DNA of 64,000 bases from Felis catus (lineage: Eukaryota): the NCBI RefSeq assembly GCF_018350175.1, contig NC_058368.1:37884001-37948000 (forward strand). Reading direction: 5' to 3'. Each line of letters starts with the position of its first letter. Positions within the stretch are counted from its first letter, which is position 1. This document shows positions 39,859-52,684 of the stretch, piece by piece. The position numbers and the translations under genes were made by a program. Under the pieces are notes generated by a model. It was given only the letters and a program-made list of their open reading frames with translations. It made no database searches and had not been told where the DNA came from.

Positions 39859-40063
39859 TTATTTTTATTTTATTTATTTTTTTGAGAGAGGCAGAGTGTG
39901 AGTGGGGGAGGGGCAGAGAGAGAGAGAGACACAGAATCTGAAGCAAGTTCCAGGCTCTGAGCTGACAGCACAGACCCCAACATGGGGCTCGAACTCACGA
40001 ACCATGAGATCATGACCTGAGCCGAAGTTGGAGGCTTAACCAACTGAGCCACCCAGGCGCCCC
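39859..40063 (-). mobile_element. CanSINE
   Basis: antisense body. Confidence 0.95.
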
Positions 40064-42134
40064 TGGAAGACATCTTTCAACGGAAATCTGTAAATAAAGT
40101 AATCAGAGCCTGATACTGTCCAGTTTTTGAATAATGCAAAGTCACTTTCTTTATTGTGATTTGCATGCTTACAACAAAACTTCTGTGATTTGGTTTGCCA
40201 AATTGGTATTTTGGCCATGCAAGCAGTATCGGTTTGCGTGGAAGGTATATTGCTCACTAAATTCGTAACTATATTAATTTATCTGACGGCATATATTTTC
40301 ATTTCTTGTGAGTTTAGTTAGTGTGAGTCAGCCTGATTAAATACAGTGAACTCTGGAACGCAGATTAAGTATGTTTTTTTTCTGACCTGTTTCTACATTT
40401 TTCAAATTTCTCACAGGACAGGAAAAGTTAAAAGGGGTAAAAGAACCAGACACAAGAACTGGCCTGTAAAAGGCACCCCCAAATGTTCTCCCAACTTCTT
40501 CCACCGCTCAATACCTGAGAGATCGTAGATGAAGTGCTCAGCTTCTGATCTCATATTTCCTCATAAGTATCAAAGAAATTATCATAACACTATTCAGTCT
40601 TGTGAAGAGGAAACCTACGTGATGGTTGTATATTGTAAAATGTCTCACAGATCTTAACTTGTTCCCACATGAATATATAGTGTGTTCATTTCATCCACTT
40701 TACTTTTCTATAACAGCAACAAAAAGCAATGCAGTGGGAGAATTCCTGAACTGAATGTTTATCAAGTTGTTTCATCTATTCCAATATCAGGGAGAGTTTC
40801 AAAACCATATTGTACATATTCTCTGATAGTACCAAATATTATATTGTGTGTCAGGATATAACAAGGCCAGCTATAAAAAGTCAACCCCGAATCAGTTTGG
40901 TCAAAATTAGACCATTTTCTATGGAACCATCAGTAAGGACAAATTCTAGTCACAATCACCTTGCTTATATGTTTGAGGACAATTTTAGATTTTTGGCTTC
41001 CTTTTGTCTAGTTTTCATGCTCTGCACTTAGGCAGTTCAATTTTAATATAACTGCCCTCCTTAAATATCACTCTGTTCTTTCATAGGCTTTGATGAGCAT
41101 CACTATTCTTAGAATCTTAAGTTCCTCTATCGTGTGAGTCTTGATAAAGCATGTGTATTTTCACCACTTTGGGCTTGATATCTACAATGCACATAATCAG
41201 GAAGAATGCTGTTCTCATAATTATCGCTTCTAGCCTCTGATTCAGTGAGCCAACATAATCATCTTCATTGGAGATGACCTACACGCACACCAGGAATGTA
41301 CTATAATTTGCTTCGTCCTTACGTAGAAAGGCCCATCTCAGGAGTAAAATTAAGAAGGTCTGTCAATACATTGTAGCCACCGTGTATAAGCCACACTGTC
41401 CGTATTTCCACTTATATATTTATGGAAAGCATGTCAAATGTCACTGGGTGTGACATTTGGATAGTACATAGGTACTCTTTTATTTCCAAAGCCAATTTAC
41501 CATTATCCAATGTTCGGTATTTCAGGGTAGACTTCACTTCTGTTTCTGTTATAATCTGTTTAAAAATCCAGGTATATTATCTAGTCTCAATTGTTTCAGA
41601 GTCGTTCCATCAGTCCTTGACCCAGTACATTTTTAAAGATTATTTTTTTTCTAATGTCTCTGCAATGTCAGTATGATTGTAAAAGATCCTTCTCATCTCT
41701 GAAAAAGTCTATTTTCTAAACTATTTTGAGTATTATAGACATTTCATAAATAATTTAAATATATTTCTGCTTTTTAGGGGAAAAAGCCTCTTTTTATAAT
41801 AAGCAACATATAATAAGAAAAAAAAACTTTAACTGATTTGCAGTAGAGATACACTCAGGTATAAACTCCACGAGAGCATGGAGTGTGTGAATCTCATTCA
41901 CGGATCAGTGAATGAGAGGGTGATTGGATGGATACATGTGTCACCACAAAGCCCTGTGCAGTCCAATCAGAGGAGTTTTGGAAAAAAAGGAATGAGAAAA
42001 TTTCATTTTATATTTTCTCAACTCTTCATAAAACACATATCTATGTTTGTTTTTCAAATGATTGACTTACAGTGACAGTTGTAAAACCTGTTGCTTTTAG
42101 AGCAATTATTGTGAGCCCGTCATTCTTTGAGGAC

Positions 42135-42300
42135 TCTCATATATGAGTTCATTTTGTATCCACACTATCAATATCCCAATTTTTCAATTGAGGAGAATCA
42201 GGTGTAGGAAGGTAAATTATTGTACCTAAGTTCAAAGAAGTAACTGATTATCAAACCATTAGATGGAATTCATGATCTTAACCCTAACACTATGCTGCCT
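42135..42300 (-). mobile_element. MIR remnant
   Basis: atcccaattttt..tgaggagaatcagg..ggtaaattattgtacctaagttca..cactatgctgcct. Confidence 0.6.
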
Positions 42301-43033
42301 GTCAGAAATCAAGTGGGGGAGTAGTTACAAATCCAATTCCTGGACACCAATCTAAGACACATGATGCGTATTTTACACCTTTTCTTATTATCTGAGAATT
42401 TTGGTAAACACTGACTTAGAATGACTCTTTAGTATAAGGAAACTATAATGCCTTTTCCCATATATTATGAGGCATATTTAAAAGATTATTTCTTTAATGC
42501 TATAGATCCTTTCACGTGTGCCTTAGCAAGCAAGCAAGCCTTCTAGATATTTGGATTTGAATTTATACTGTAGTATCACTTTGACAATAAGTGAGACTAA
42601 AATGTATATGGTCGGAGGGTCTATATTTCATTATTTTATAAAAATTACTGTTTTTGTTTAATATTAAATGCAAATACACCAAATATAAAAGTATAGTTTT
42701 ACACATATATTTTATATTTAAGTCCTCCAGAAAAGTATATAAAATACGTAGCACACCCACACTCCACCGTACTACAATTATTACCATTTCATGTTTACTC
42801 CTTCAGGTCAAGGCAATGTTTTGAAAAATGTGATCCTGAAGACACCATCAATTAGTCTGCAGGTCATCTGTTGGTCCCAGAGAAAGAAGGAATGAAACAA
42901 TTATTCTCACGTACATTTCACAAATTTGAAATATAAGATTAAGGTAACTGCTAAGAAGCTTCTAAGCCTCCCACAAAGTTAATAACACGTAATATATTCA
43001 GGGGAAAAATGAGGTTCTGGAAAATAGCCTTAC

Positions 43034-43239
43034 CAATTTACTGCTTGACTATTCAAAACAGTGACATGTAATGTACAAGAGCAATTACTATCAAGAGTTT
43101 GGGCTATCTGGTATTTTAGCTTCCAATAGGACAAACACAATAGTATGGAGGGAATATGCCATCTTTTGCAAATGTGTTTTAACACGGGAAGGAAAAGTAC
43201 GGGATGACTTTTTGTCCAGTTCATCAATGAGGATGTATG
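43034..43239 (-). other. Weak candidate 206-nt exon with an open frame (unrecognised peptide)
   Basis: minus-strand acceptor ccctgtccctgtag and donor TTG|GTAAGG bracket a stop-free frame HTSSLMNWTK...NSQAVN. Confidence 0.15.
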
Positions 43240-43688
43240 CTACAGGGACAGGGATGTTTTCTTTAATTCCTAATAATTCTTGGTCAGTGTTGACACCTAC
43301 CACTATGTGTGGTAAATCTTAATCTAAATGTAAAAGATTTTGCATCTGAATATCAACCCCCAAACTGCACTTTTCAAAAAAATAATTGTCAGTCAAAAAT
43401 ATTCCTTTGATTTCGTAGTCAGTGCTAAAGAGAATAGTGAAAATCACTGGTTAAAATATCATGACCACTTCTACCTTCTTTGATACCTGTTTGAAGAAAT
43501 AGATGCATCACAATTTTTTCTTGTTTTCAAATTTGGAATGCTCTCATGGTTAATGGAACATGTGTTTTCAAGAATGTCTGAATTAGGGGATAAAACTACA
43601 AACATTTTCTCATGATATAAAAAAAATAATAACAATACATTAGTATTATTCTAGCTTCTTCCAGCCAGTGTTTACCCCTACGTGTTCC

Positions 43689-43907
43689 TTTTTTTTTTCT
43701 TTTTTTTTTTTTTTTACACTTACTCATTTTTGAGAGACAGAGCACAAGCGGGGGAGAGGCAGAGAGAGAGGGAGACAGAATCTGAGGCAGACTCCATGCT
43801 CCGAGCTGTCAGCACAGAGCCCGATGTGGGGCTCGAACCTACGAAAGGTGAGATCATGACCTGAGCCAAAGTCGGAGGCTTAACTGACTGAGCCACCCAG
43901 GCGCCCC
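43689..43907 (-). mobile_element. CanSINE
   Basis: perfect TSD acccctacgtgttc. Confidence 0.97.
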
Positions 43908-44825
43908 ACCCCTACGTGTTCTGTAGCTTGAGTAGGGTAGGAATCACAGCCAAATGTAATGATTAGGATTTTTTAATATGACCAAAAGGCCAATATGTCA
44001 GTCTCTGAATTGAACTTCTCCCCAGCAACTGATGATTTTCTTCACGTATCTGTGAAGGAAATGACGATGAGGACACATTGAAAGTGTACATCCAAACATT
44101 GAATTAAAACATAGGAAAAACTTTCAAAGTGTGAAGCTAATGAAAATACACGCTTTAAACAAGTTTCTAGTATCTCTAGCTATCTCCTTACAGCTAATGG
44201 GCATGCTATTTAAATTAGTATATGAAATTAGAGCTGAAAGTAGTTTTTAGTGCGAATTCTCTCCATAACTCCTGGATACAAACTGACCCCCAAAAGTAAG
44301 GATGCCTTGCAGAACCACAAGTGACATGCTGTTTACCATGCTTGACAACATGTAATTTTGAGGTAAGATTTCTAATATGGTAACATATGAATAAAGATGT
44401 GATAATGGATCCTATGCTTTAAGCAGTCTCTTACTGAAGGTATATATCTTGAAAAATACCTGACACAGTATCATTTTTTGCATTGCTCAAAAACATTGTT
44501 AATACTTTTTTAACATATAGTCTTTTATATTGTTAATATTGCAAATGACTTAAAAATACCTCAAATCCATTCTCTGAATGCACACTAACTTTTGACTATT
44601 ATTGAAATGTTAAAATTGTAAGAAATAGTGGGGGTATCTAATCAAGAAAATTATTTCAAATGCAAATATTATAGGGTACTTTAGTAGCTCACTGAGAAAT
44701 TAAGGTGCTTTACAATACATAAGATTGATATTTTTTTCTTTATTTAAATGTAAATTATTTTATATGTTTTTTGTCTGATTCACCTTTAAAACATGCATCC
44801 TCTTATCCTGAAGACATATGGACTA

Positions 44826-44860
44826 TACACTTGATCTTAGCCAAAAGGCCGAGAAGCGAT
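44826..44860 (-). pseudogene. 3'-truncated U2 snRNA retropseudogene (U2 nt 1-35)
   Basis: minus strand reads ATCGCTTCTCGGCCTTTTGGCTAAGATCAAGTGTA, the U2 5' end; TSD agacatatgg at 44812-44821 and 44862-44871. Confidence 0.95.
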
Positions 44861-44967
44861 TAGACATATGGGCTGTAAGGGTGAGTCCGTGTGCTGGCAT
44901 AGAGACTTTAAATAGGGCATATTAAAAATGTGGTAAGTATCACTACCACATTTAGATCTAGGATTAA

Positions 44968-45195
44968 GGGCGCCTGGGTGGCTCAGTCGGTTGGGTGTCT
45001 GACTTCAGCTCAGGTCATGATCTCACAGTCCGAGAGTTCGAGCCCCACATCGGGCCCTGTGCTGACAGCTCAGAGCCTGGAGCCTGCTTCAGATTCTGTG
45101 TCTCCCTCTCTCTCTGCCCCTCCCTTGCTCATGCTCTGTCTCTCTCTCTCTCTCTCTCAAAAATAAATACAAACATTAAAAAAAATAAAAAAAAT
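44968..45195 (+). mobile_element. CanSINE
   Basis: TSD tagatctaggatta. Confidence 0.97.
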
Positions 45196-45329
45196 AGATC
45201 TAGGATTAGTCTTATATTCTGTTATACAGAAGAAATTTCATTCATAATCACTAAAATAATGGTTTCTATCATGGTATGATATGAGGCACAATTCATAAGG
45301 TTTGAAAGCAGTACTCAGTACTAACTGTA

Positions 45330-45950
45330 GACCCAGTATGAGAATCTTGCTGTGTGGCCTACAGTTTATGAAGTCATGCTCTTGTCTTCTTCCGGTCTTA
45401 CACTACCCCATATGATGAGGCACTTCTGGCCAAAGCAAACCTCAGTTCAGATCCTGCCCCTCTTCCTGCAGCCCCAAGCAAGCAGAGCTAACTGGAGCAT
45501 TGAATTTCCCAGTTAAATCATCCTGAGCCTAATTCAAGACCTGCATAGGACTTACCCTCGCTTCTGCCCTCCTGAAGGCCTGCTATGTTGAGAGTCATTG
45601 GCTCAAAGGCAACTCTTGTAGGGATAGGGCTGGGCTGTGGATATATGTGTAAGGCCCTTTGTAGTGCAGAACAGACTGGAAAAGAAGACAAGAGATGACC
45701 AAGTGCATGGGGCCAGAGGAATAGGGGACCAGCAGCCTAGGGCTTACTGTCCCCAATCATTCCATCCCAGCACAGAAACCCAAGGATTCTGAGCATTTGA
45801 ATATTCAAAACTGGCCTACCAAGTCATGAATAAGCTCTATGTCTCCATGAGGAAGGGCAGACATTTTTTAATGATTTTTTTTAGCTTGATTAATAATTTT
45901 TAAATGTTTAGTAGCATGGAGTGTGAGCCTTCATTTAAACTTCTTGCCCA
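45330..45950. mobile_element. MER45-like hAT-Tip100 DNA transposon remnant
   Basis: end tagcttgattaataatttttaaatgtttag..tgtgagccttcattt..cttgccc resembles MER45B. Confidence 0.6.
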
Positions 45951-45984
45951 TAAAATGAAGACTTCAGAGTATTCAGACTTCATA

Positions 45985-46175
45985 CCTGGTAGCTGATTTC
46001 CCTCAGAGTGCAAAATTGGAAGATGTCAAACCTTCCTAAATCTTAACCTGGGAACTAACAGGACGTGACTTCTGCCATAACCTGTTGATTCAAGCAGGTC
46101 ACAGGCCAACACTAATTAGAAGAGATTACACTAATCCATGAGTCATAGGTCATTGGACATCACTAAAACCTCTCA
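45985..46175. mobile_element. Old MLT1-type LTR fragment
   Basis: gacttctgccata..tgttgattcaagcaggtcacaggcca. Confidence 0.5.
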
Positions 46176-46259
46176 GAATATACTTAGGAAGATTAAGTGG
46201 TCTATTAAGTAGTAGAACAGAAATTAATATAGTCAAAACTTAAAACGATAGTGAGAAGC

Positions 46260-47275
46260 CTGTTACAACTTTTTTTTGTATGGTAAAAAATATGAATGAG
46301 GAGGGAGATTTCCCTGCGCTTCAGTTAGAGACCATCAGGTACCTGAACAAAGTTAGGTTTATTGACTTTCTTGCAGCAGGGGGAATGTATTTAGTTAGCG
46401 TGGAGTCATGCAGCATTTCACTAAGAGAATATTAAGAAAGGCTATAGGATTTGGCCTTATGTAATGTGATTGGGGGAAGTGTTCAAGTATGGATTCAGTG
46501 TTGTTAGGGGCCAGGGTAATTCTAGGATCTCTCTCTGTATTAGTTTCCTAGAGCTACTGGAACAAAGTAAAACAAACTGGGGGCTTCAAAACAACATAAG
46601 TATACTCTTTCATGGTTCTGGAGGCCAGAAGTTGAAAACCAAGCTGTCAACAAGGCCTTTAGCTTCTGGTGGTGACTTTCAATCCTTGGCACTCCCTGTC
46701 ACTCCAGTCTCCGCCTCTGCCACCACGTAGTCCTAACACAGCACTTCTCTCTTTCAACAAAGATATCAGTCATGTTGGATTAAGAGCCCAGCCTTTTCCA
46801 GGATGACTTCATCTTTTATGAACTAATTATACCTGTGATGACGCTATTTGCAGCTAAGATCACTTTCTAAGGAACCAGAGGAGAGGACTTCAACATATCT
46901 TTCGGGCCATAATTCAACCTATAACAGTATTCTAATAATTCCTATCTAGAAGGTGGAGGAATGAAGCAATTAGGAAAGAAGTCTCTCCTATGAGCTAGGA
47001 AATGGGGGGAGAGGGAATGAGAGTGCGTAGTCTTTTTGTGGTTTGCACAATGTTTATGTTTTTGTTTCTCAGAGTATAGACATGATGATGGAGTGGACTC
47101 GTTTCTGTTTTGTTCCGTGACAGTCACAATTACTCCTGCTCTATAAAATTACTAGGCTCAGCAGGAGCAAACCATGGCCTATCTGGGAGGGCGGGGCTGG
47201 CTCCTAGCAATGCAAAGACCAGTTGACAGTGCTGGGTCAGCTCCCAGCTGGTGGGGACCACTTCACTCTTTCTTG
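46260..47275 (-). mobile_element. ERV1-type solo LTR remnant (family uncertain) interrupted by MLT1
   Basis: aaagttaggtttattgac..gacatgatgatggagtgg..ggctcctagcaa..cagctcccag..ctctttct motifs. Confidence 0.55.
46536..46926 (-). mobile_element. MLT1B/C MaLR solo LTR
   Basis: tgtattagtttccta..gttctggaggccagaag..aggacttcaacatatcttt..aattcaacctataaca. Confidence 0.85.
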
Positions 47276-47399
47276 CCCTTATGTGACTAAAAAAGAAATT
47301 AGTAGATTAGAGAATCATCAACACTTCTAAGCTGATTGAAAATAAAATGTAAGAGAAAAGGAAAACAAATGACTACTCATATACCAAAAAGAAATTTAA

Positions 47400-47640
47400 A
47401 GGGTTAGGATTGGAATTTGAGGTGAAGAGGGTTAATGATGAGTTCTGTTTTTCACTCTTATGAGTTGGTGGGCTGGTGGAATATTCATATGGGAATGTGA
47501 TTAAGAAGTTAGCAATGCGATATGAAGCTCTGGAGAAATATCAGACTATCTTAAGAATGGGTGGGTGGATTCACTACAGGAGATTATATGGGAAGACAAG
47601 AAATAGAAACACAGAACTTTATCTGTCGTTAGGTTTCAGA
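47400..47640 (-). mobile_element. LINE-2 remnant
   Basis: atgatgagttctgtttt..tgagtt..gaagctctggaga. Confidence 0.5.
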
Positions 47641-48048
47641 AGAAAGAATGTGAGGCAACTCAGAACACAGTTGAGTTATTCCCTACTGCTATAGCACTTC
47701 AACAAATGGGAATATATCATAAGATGATGTATGTAAATCCTCATAGTAAAAGGAGAACAGTCCTTAGGGATATACTGAAAGAAACCCGGTGCTTTATTAG
47801 AAAGTCCGTTCTCTAGCAGAAATTTTTAAAAAACCCAAACTTGTTGCCTTTTGGTAAAGTTTCCAGACTGGACTTTAGGAAGCCTGGCCATTTCTGATCC
47901 TGGGTCCATGATTCTATCAGAGGTGGTAAAATCCAGTGGTGAGGTAGAAGAGGTCAAATGGCCACTGACAGAGAGGTGGTTTACTGAAGCAAAACCCTGA
48001 ATCTTTGAATAGATGATCTCAGTTACCACATGCAAGAACATTTTCTCA

Positions 48049-48160
48049 GGGGCACCTCGTTGGCTCATTTGGAAGAGCATGCAACTCTTGATCTTGGGGT
48101 CATGAGTTTGAACACCACAGTGGGGATAGAGATGCCTTAAAAATAAATATGCTTAAAAAA
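48049..48160 (+). mobile_element. Short CanSINE variant lacking the CT tract
   Basis: ggggcacc..tggctca..agagcatgcaactcttgatcttggggtcatgagtttga..tagagat..aaaaataaa. Confidence 0.85.
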
Positions 48161-48323
48161 AGAATGTTTTTTAAAGCAAAGAAGGGCAATTAATAGAGCC
48201 ATAATGCAAGAAATGAGGAAGATCATTGAACCACATCTCTGGGTCAGGGTAAAACAATCAAATTGCAGTTATACACGTTATATTTGGCACACTGAACAGC
48301 ATCCCTTTAAGAAAAGGGTTTAG

Positions 48324-48535
48324 GGGGCGCCTGGGTGGCGCAGTCGGTTAAGCGTCCGACTTCAGCCAGGTCACGATCTTGCGGTCCGTGAGTTCGAGCC
48401 CCGCGTCGGGCTCTGGGCTGATGGCTCAGAGCCTGGAGCCTGTTTCCGATTCTGTGTCTCCCTCTCTCTCTGCCCCTCCCCCGTTCATGCTCTGTCTCTC
48501 TCTGTCCCAAAAATAAATAAACGTTGAAAAAAATT
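48324..48535 (+). mobile_element. CanSINE (young SINEC_Fc type)
   Basis: CpGs intact; TSD agaaaagggtttag. Confidence 0.97.
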
Positions 48536-49649
48536 TAGAAAAGGGTTTAGGAACAGAATACAGAACTTTTTCTTTTCATAGATTTCTGTTTTGTTCATAA
48601 CAAAGTCAAAGTGAGTAGGAATGTTGTAAGTTCAGTTGTTTTCACATGGTAGGCAAATTGTCCTCGGAATAGCATTGGATGAAGACCTCTGTTGACAGTA
48701 AAGGATCTGGAAGCATTGAGGTGTTTGAGGCTTGGGGAAGAAAATCAAAGAAACACTGAACATATGGTGGGATGACAAGGAACACCAAAATTATACCAGT
48801 TTCTAATGACTTTCTTTAAGTTTTAATGTACAGAAGCTGACAAGGTGAATTTCAAAGTGAGATAGAGTTTTAACTGGCATGGATAAAGTACAAAAATCAG
48901 TAGCATGAGGAGAAAATTACTGGAAAGTGTGGCCCCTATGATCCTCACAAAGGACGAGCCAAGTGGGCACATTAAACGCACTGTGAAGGTAGTGGTTCAG
49001 TAGTATGAGGTTATGGCAATATTTCAGGAAATTTTAATCTCCTTGGTAGCAGTAGTCCACTGAAAATAACCATTTAATTTTTAATTAAGAGGGTTAAGTT
49101 AATATTTATTGAAAATAGTGTTTATATTGAATAACATACTGAAAAACCTCAGTAATTAATGGCTTTACATAGAAAAGAATAATTTACACTCGAGACAATA
49201 CTTCAAGTGCTTAGTATAACTTATTAAAATGGTTTTAATCAGGAATTATGCCAATTGAATTAGAAGAATAAAATAGCCTTTGTTGTAACAAGCCAAAACT
49301 GAAGTTTAGTAATGATTAGAGAATACCAGCAACAATGCCTCTATTTGCTAAAACGAAAGAGAACCAAATCATTAATCTTCATTTTTATTCTAGTTTAATA
49401 AAATGGCAGCTGTTTACATGGTAAATAATTGAATAAAATAATTTATAAAAAATGTTTCGTTTTATTCTCTGGAGGATTATGCATGGAAGTGGAACAAACA
49501 CGTAGAGATTGTGCAAAATCCCAAAGCATATGTCAGAAGAAAATTACCTAATTTTTTTGGAAGAAGATTCATGGTCATGGTCAGGGTCAATTAAATTTGA
49601 CAGAAAGGTATTGGTCAGCTTCATTTGGTAGGAACCATAGGGTGTTTGA

Positions 49650-49850
49650 GATTAATCATATAAAGATTTTGTTTCTTTTACTAACTAGCTGTGCTACCTT
49701 GGGTATTACTTAGCCTTTCTGAGATTCAGTGCCTCATTCTCTTTGTAGAATGATAACAGTATTTATCTCTTAAAACTGTTGAAAAGATTAAACTGTTTCA
49801 TGCAATCAATATATGAACATTTCAAGTATGTTATCATTTATATTGTGGAT
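49650..49850 (+). mobile_element. MIR
   Basis: actagctgtgctaccttggg..ttacttagcctttctgagattcagtgcctcat. Confidence 0.75.
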
Positions 49851-50119
49851 AATAAAGAATGCTATCTAATTCCTTCCTTTCTCCCATTTTTCCATTGTAT
49901 TTAATTTTGCCCCTGTCCAAAGAGCACATATTAAATAGGAGACCAAGCCTGTGGAGCTCCATAGCTCTGTGGTGGCATGATTCACATTGCTTTCTTTGTA
50001 AATACAACTCCTTGGGGACAGTGCAACGAGAATTTTGTCACATTAAGTCAAGAAGGAAGAAGAGAAGATAAATGAAATTAAAATGAATCTTTGCAGGTGA
50101 TATTCATGTACAAAAATTA

Positions 50120-50157
50120 TTTTTTTTAATTTTGTTAATGTTTGTTTTAAATTTAAT

Positions 50158-50213
<56 letters not shown>

Positions 50214-50386
50214 TGAGTGGGGGAAGAGCAGAGAGAGAGAGGGAGACACAGGATCCAAAGAAGGCTTCAGGCTCTGAGCTGTCAGCAAAGAGTGCATCAC
50301 GGGGCTCGGGCTCAAACTCATGAACTGCGAGATCATGACCTGAGCCAAAGTCGGATGCTAAACCGACTGAGCCACCCAGGTGCCCC
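50120..50386 (-). mobile_element. CanSINE with expanded (GA)n
   Basis: antisense body; (GA)~20 at 50161-50202. Confidence 0.95.
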
Positions 50387-52028
50387 CCAAATGTTATTTT
50401 TAAATGGAAACTAATGAAATTCATTGCAATGTTAAATAGTCCTTTGGGTTTTTTTGTCTGTTGGGTTTTTGTTTGTTTTTGGTTGACCTACAAAGAACAC
50501 TCAACATATGTCAAAGTCAGCACCAGATGTGTTTACATGATGGCTCTAATGTCAAAGCTACTGCCGGAAGAAAATTGGCTGGTTCTGGTTCTGTGTTTTT
50601 AGATCTATGGTCTCTTTTGGGGGTGCTTTACAACTGTGAGATGACTTCCTGAGTGAGTTTATTCTAAAGCCAGCGTTCTTAACTCCTGTTGAAGGTGACT
50701 AATTATCAAACTCTTCAAAATTTGGAGGCTCACAGATGCAGGCTACACTCACTCATGTCAGAAAGCCTCTAAACTAGTTCTTACGTGTGTTTTAGGGATA
50801 AGATCATTTGATGATCCTGACAGCAGACTGGGGAAAGTACAAGGGCAAGGGAAACACTCTGTTAGCGCAGACATTCCTCTCATTTCTCAGTCCGTAATGC
50901 GGTACACTTCCGGAATCAGGATATCAGGAACTGAAGAATAGGTTGAACATATGTTAAAAAAAAAAAAAAGAAATGTTATTAATGCAATTGAGGTCTCCAC
51001 TGATATTCACTTAGATGTTGTATAACAAAGTGTAACATAGTTTCTTAGAATGCTGATACTTATCTTATACAAATGTACTTTCAAAATGCAAAGGCTTTCC
51101 ATGTTTTTTAATTAGCTAATGTTATGATTAATATAATATTAATTTTTGAATAATTTTGATTAAGAAAAGTTTTCTCTAGCTGTCTAGTTAACCGCCGAAA
51201 AACTAAAATGAACAGAGATATTGTTTGATCTCAAGTAGTTGTAACTATTCCTATGTTTGAAGGTATCTGCTTGAAATTATTTCATAAATACTTTCTGGTT
51301 GAGAATGTGTGAAGAGGTAAGGTCTTACACAACTTTCCATAACAAAAAATGCAGGCTTTGTCCATAATACTTGCTTATCTTATTAAACTTTACTCTTCTG
51401 AATTTTCTTAAACTGTCCATTTCCCTTGCTAAGTTCAAATGTCCTGGGGGTACTTTCCCAGGCGTTATTACTATTGGCTCATCTGTTTCTGTGAACTGGG
51501 AACAATGAGCTGATCTCTGGCGTGGCCTGACCCCATCCCACTTTCCTGTTCCTTATCACCATTTTCCTCATGACCAAACTAAGTGCCTATTTCATACAAA
51601 ACCTAATTACCAAAAAAAGAGAGGGTGGTATCTCACACTTACCCTCCCACAAGTGGATGGAGCTTTCTATTTTTTCCTCTATTTTCCGCAGCTCTTATTC
51701 TGGGACCCTCAACAAAATAAGAAAGTAAAGCACCATGAGAATTTGTGAAGTTCGGAAGAATCTGACAGATGAGAAAACCTTAGTTTTTTTTTTTTTTTTT
51801 TTTTTTATAGCAATGAGATGTTACAAGAGTAGCCTGCATCTAATCTCAGCCGTGCAAATTGAGAATTGTGGAATTTGTTCAATAAGTACAAATGGTGTGA
51901 TTGGAATATTGCGTAAGTTTAAAGGATTTTTAATCATAAATGTTATATTGATTAAGCTTTTTTGCATATTGTATCAAAACCAGGTATTTAGTATAGAGCT
52001 AAATTATAGTTTTGTTCTCACATATTGT

Positions 52029-52243
52029 TTTTTTTTTTTCCAACGTTTATTTATTTTTGGGACAGAGAGAGACAGAGCATGAACGGGGGAGGGGCAGAGA
52101 GAGAGGGAGACACAGAATTGGAAACAGGCTCCAGGCTCTGAGCCATCAGCCCAGAGCCTGACGCGGGGCTCAAACTCACAGACCGCGAGATCGTGACCTG
52201 GCTGAAGTCGGACGCCCAACCGACTGCGCCACCCAGGCGCCCC
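52029..52243 (-). mobile_element. CanSINE (young SINEC_Fc type)
   Basis: TSD acatattgt. Confidence 0.97.
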
Positions 52244-52466
52244 AACATATTGTAATATCTTAATAGTATCACTACTATTATTTATGAAGTAAGGGTAATA
52301 TTGGTGTTGTAAAGTTAGAAAACTTTACTATAAATTCAGTTATCTCGGAGATCCACTTTCTTCCTTCTCCCAAATGTCAGATTAAAAAGTAATTAAATGT
52401 TCAGCTCTGTAGTTATACTAGTCCTGTTTTACTTTGTTGGTCGTCCCCACTTGGTGGTAAGATTCT

Positions 52467-52684
52467 TTTCTCTTTTTTTAAGTTTACTTATTTATTTCTG
52501 AGAGAGACACACAAAGAGAGAGAGAGAAGGGAGGGGTAGAGAGAGCGGGAAGGAGAGAATGCCAAGCAGGCTCCGTGCTGTCACCGTGGAGTCCATTGTG
52601 GGGCTCAGTCCTGCAAACTGTGAGATCATGACCTGAGCCAAAGTCAAGAGTCTGATGCTCAACCAACTAGCCACCCAGATGCCC
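52467..52684 (-). mobile_element. CanSINE (older type)
   Basis: TSD taagat(t/a)ctt. Confidence 0.93.

Noticed and set aside
44826..44860. Functional U2 gene
   Set aside because: Only 35 nt are present; there is no Sm site or 3' stem-loops, and it is flanked by a TSD.
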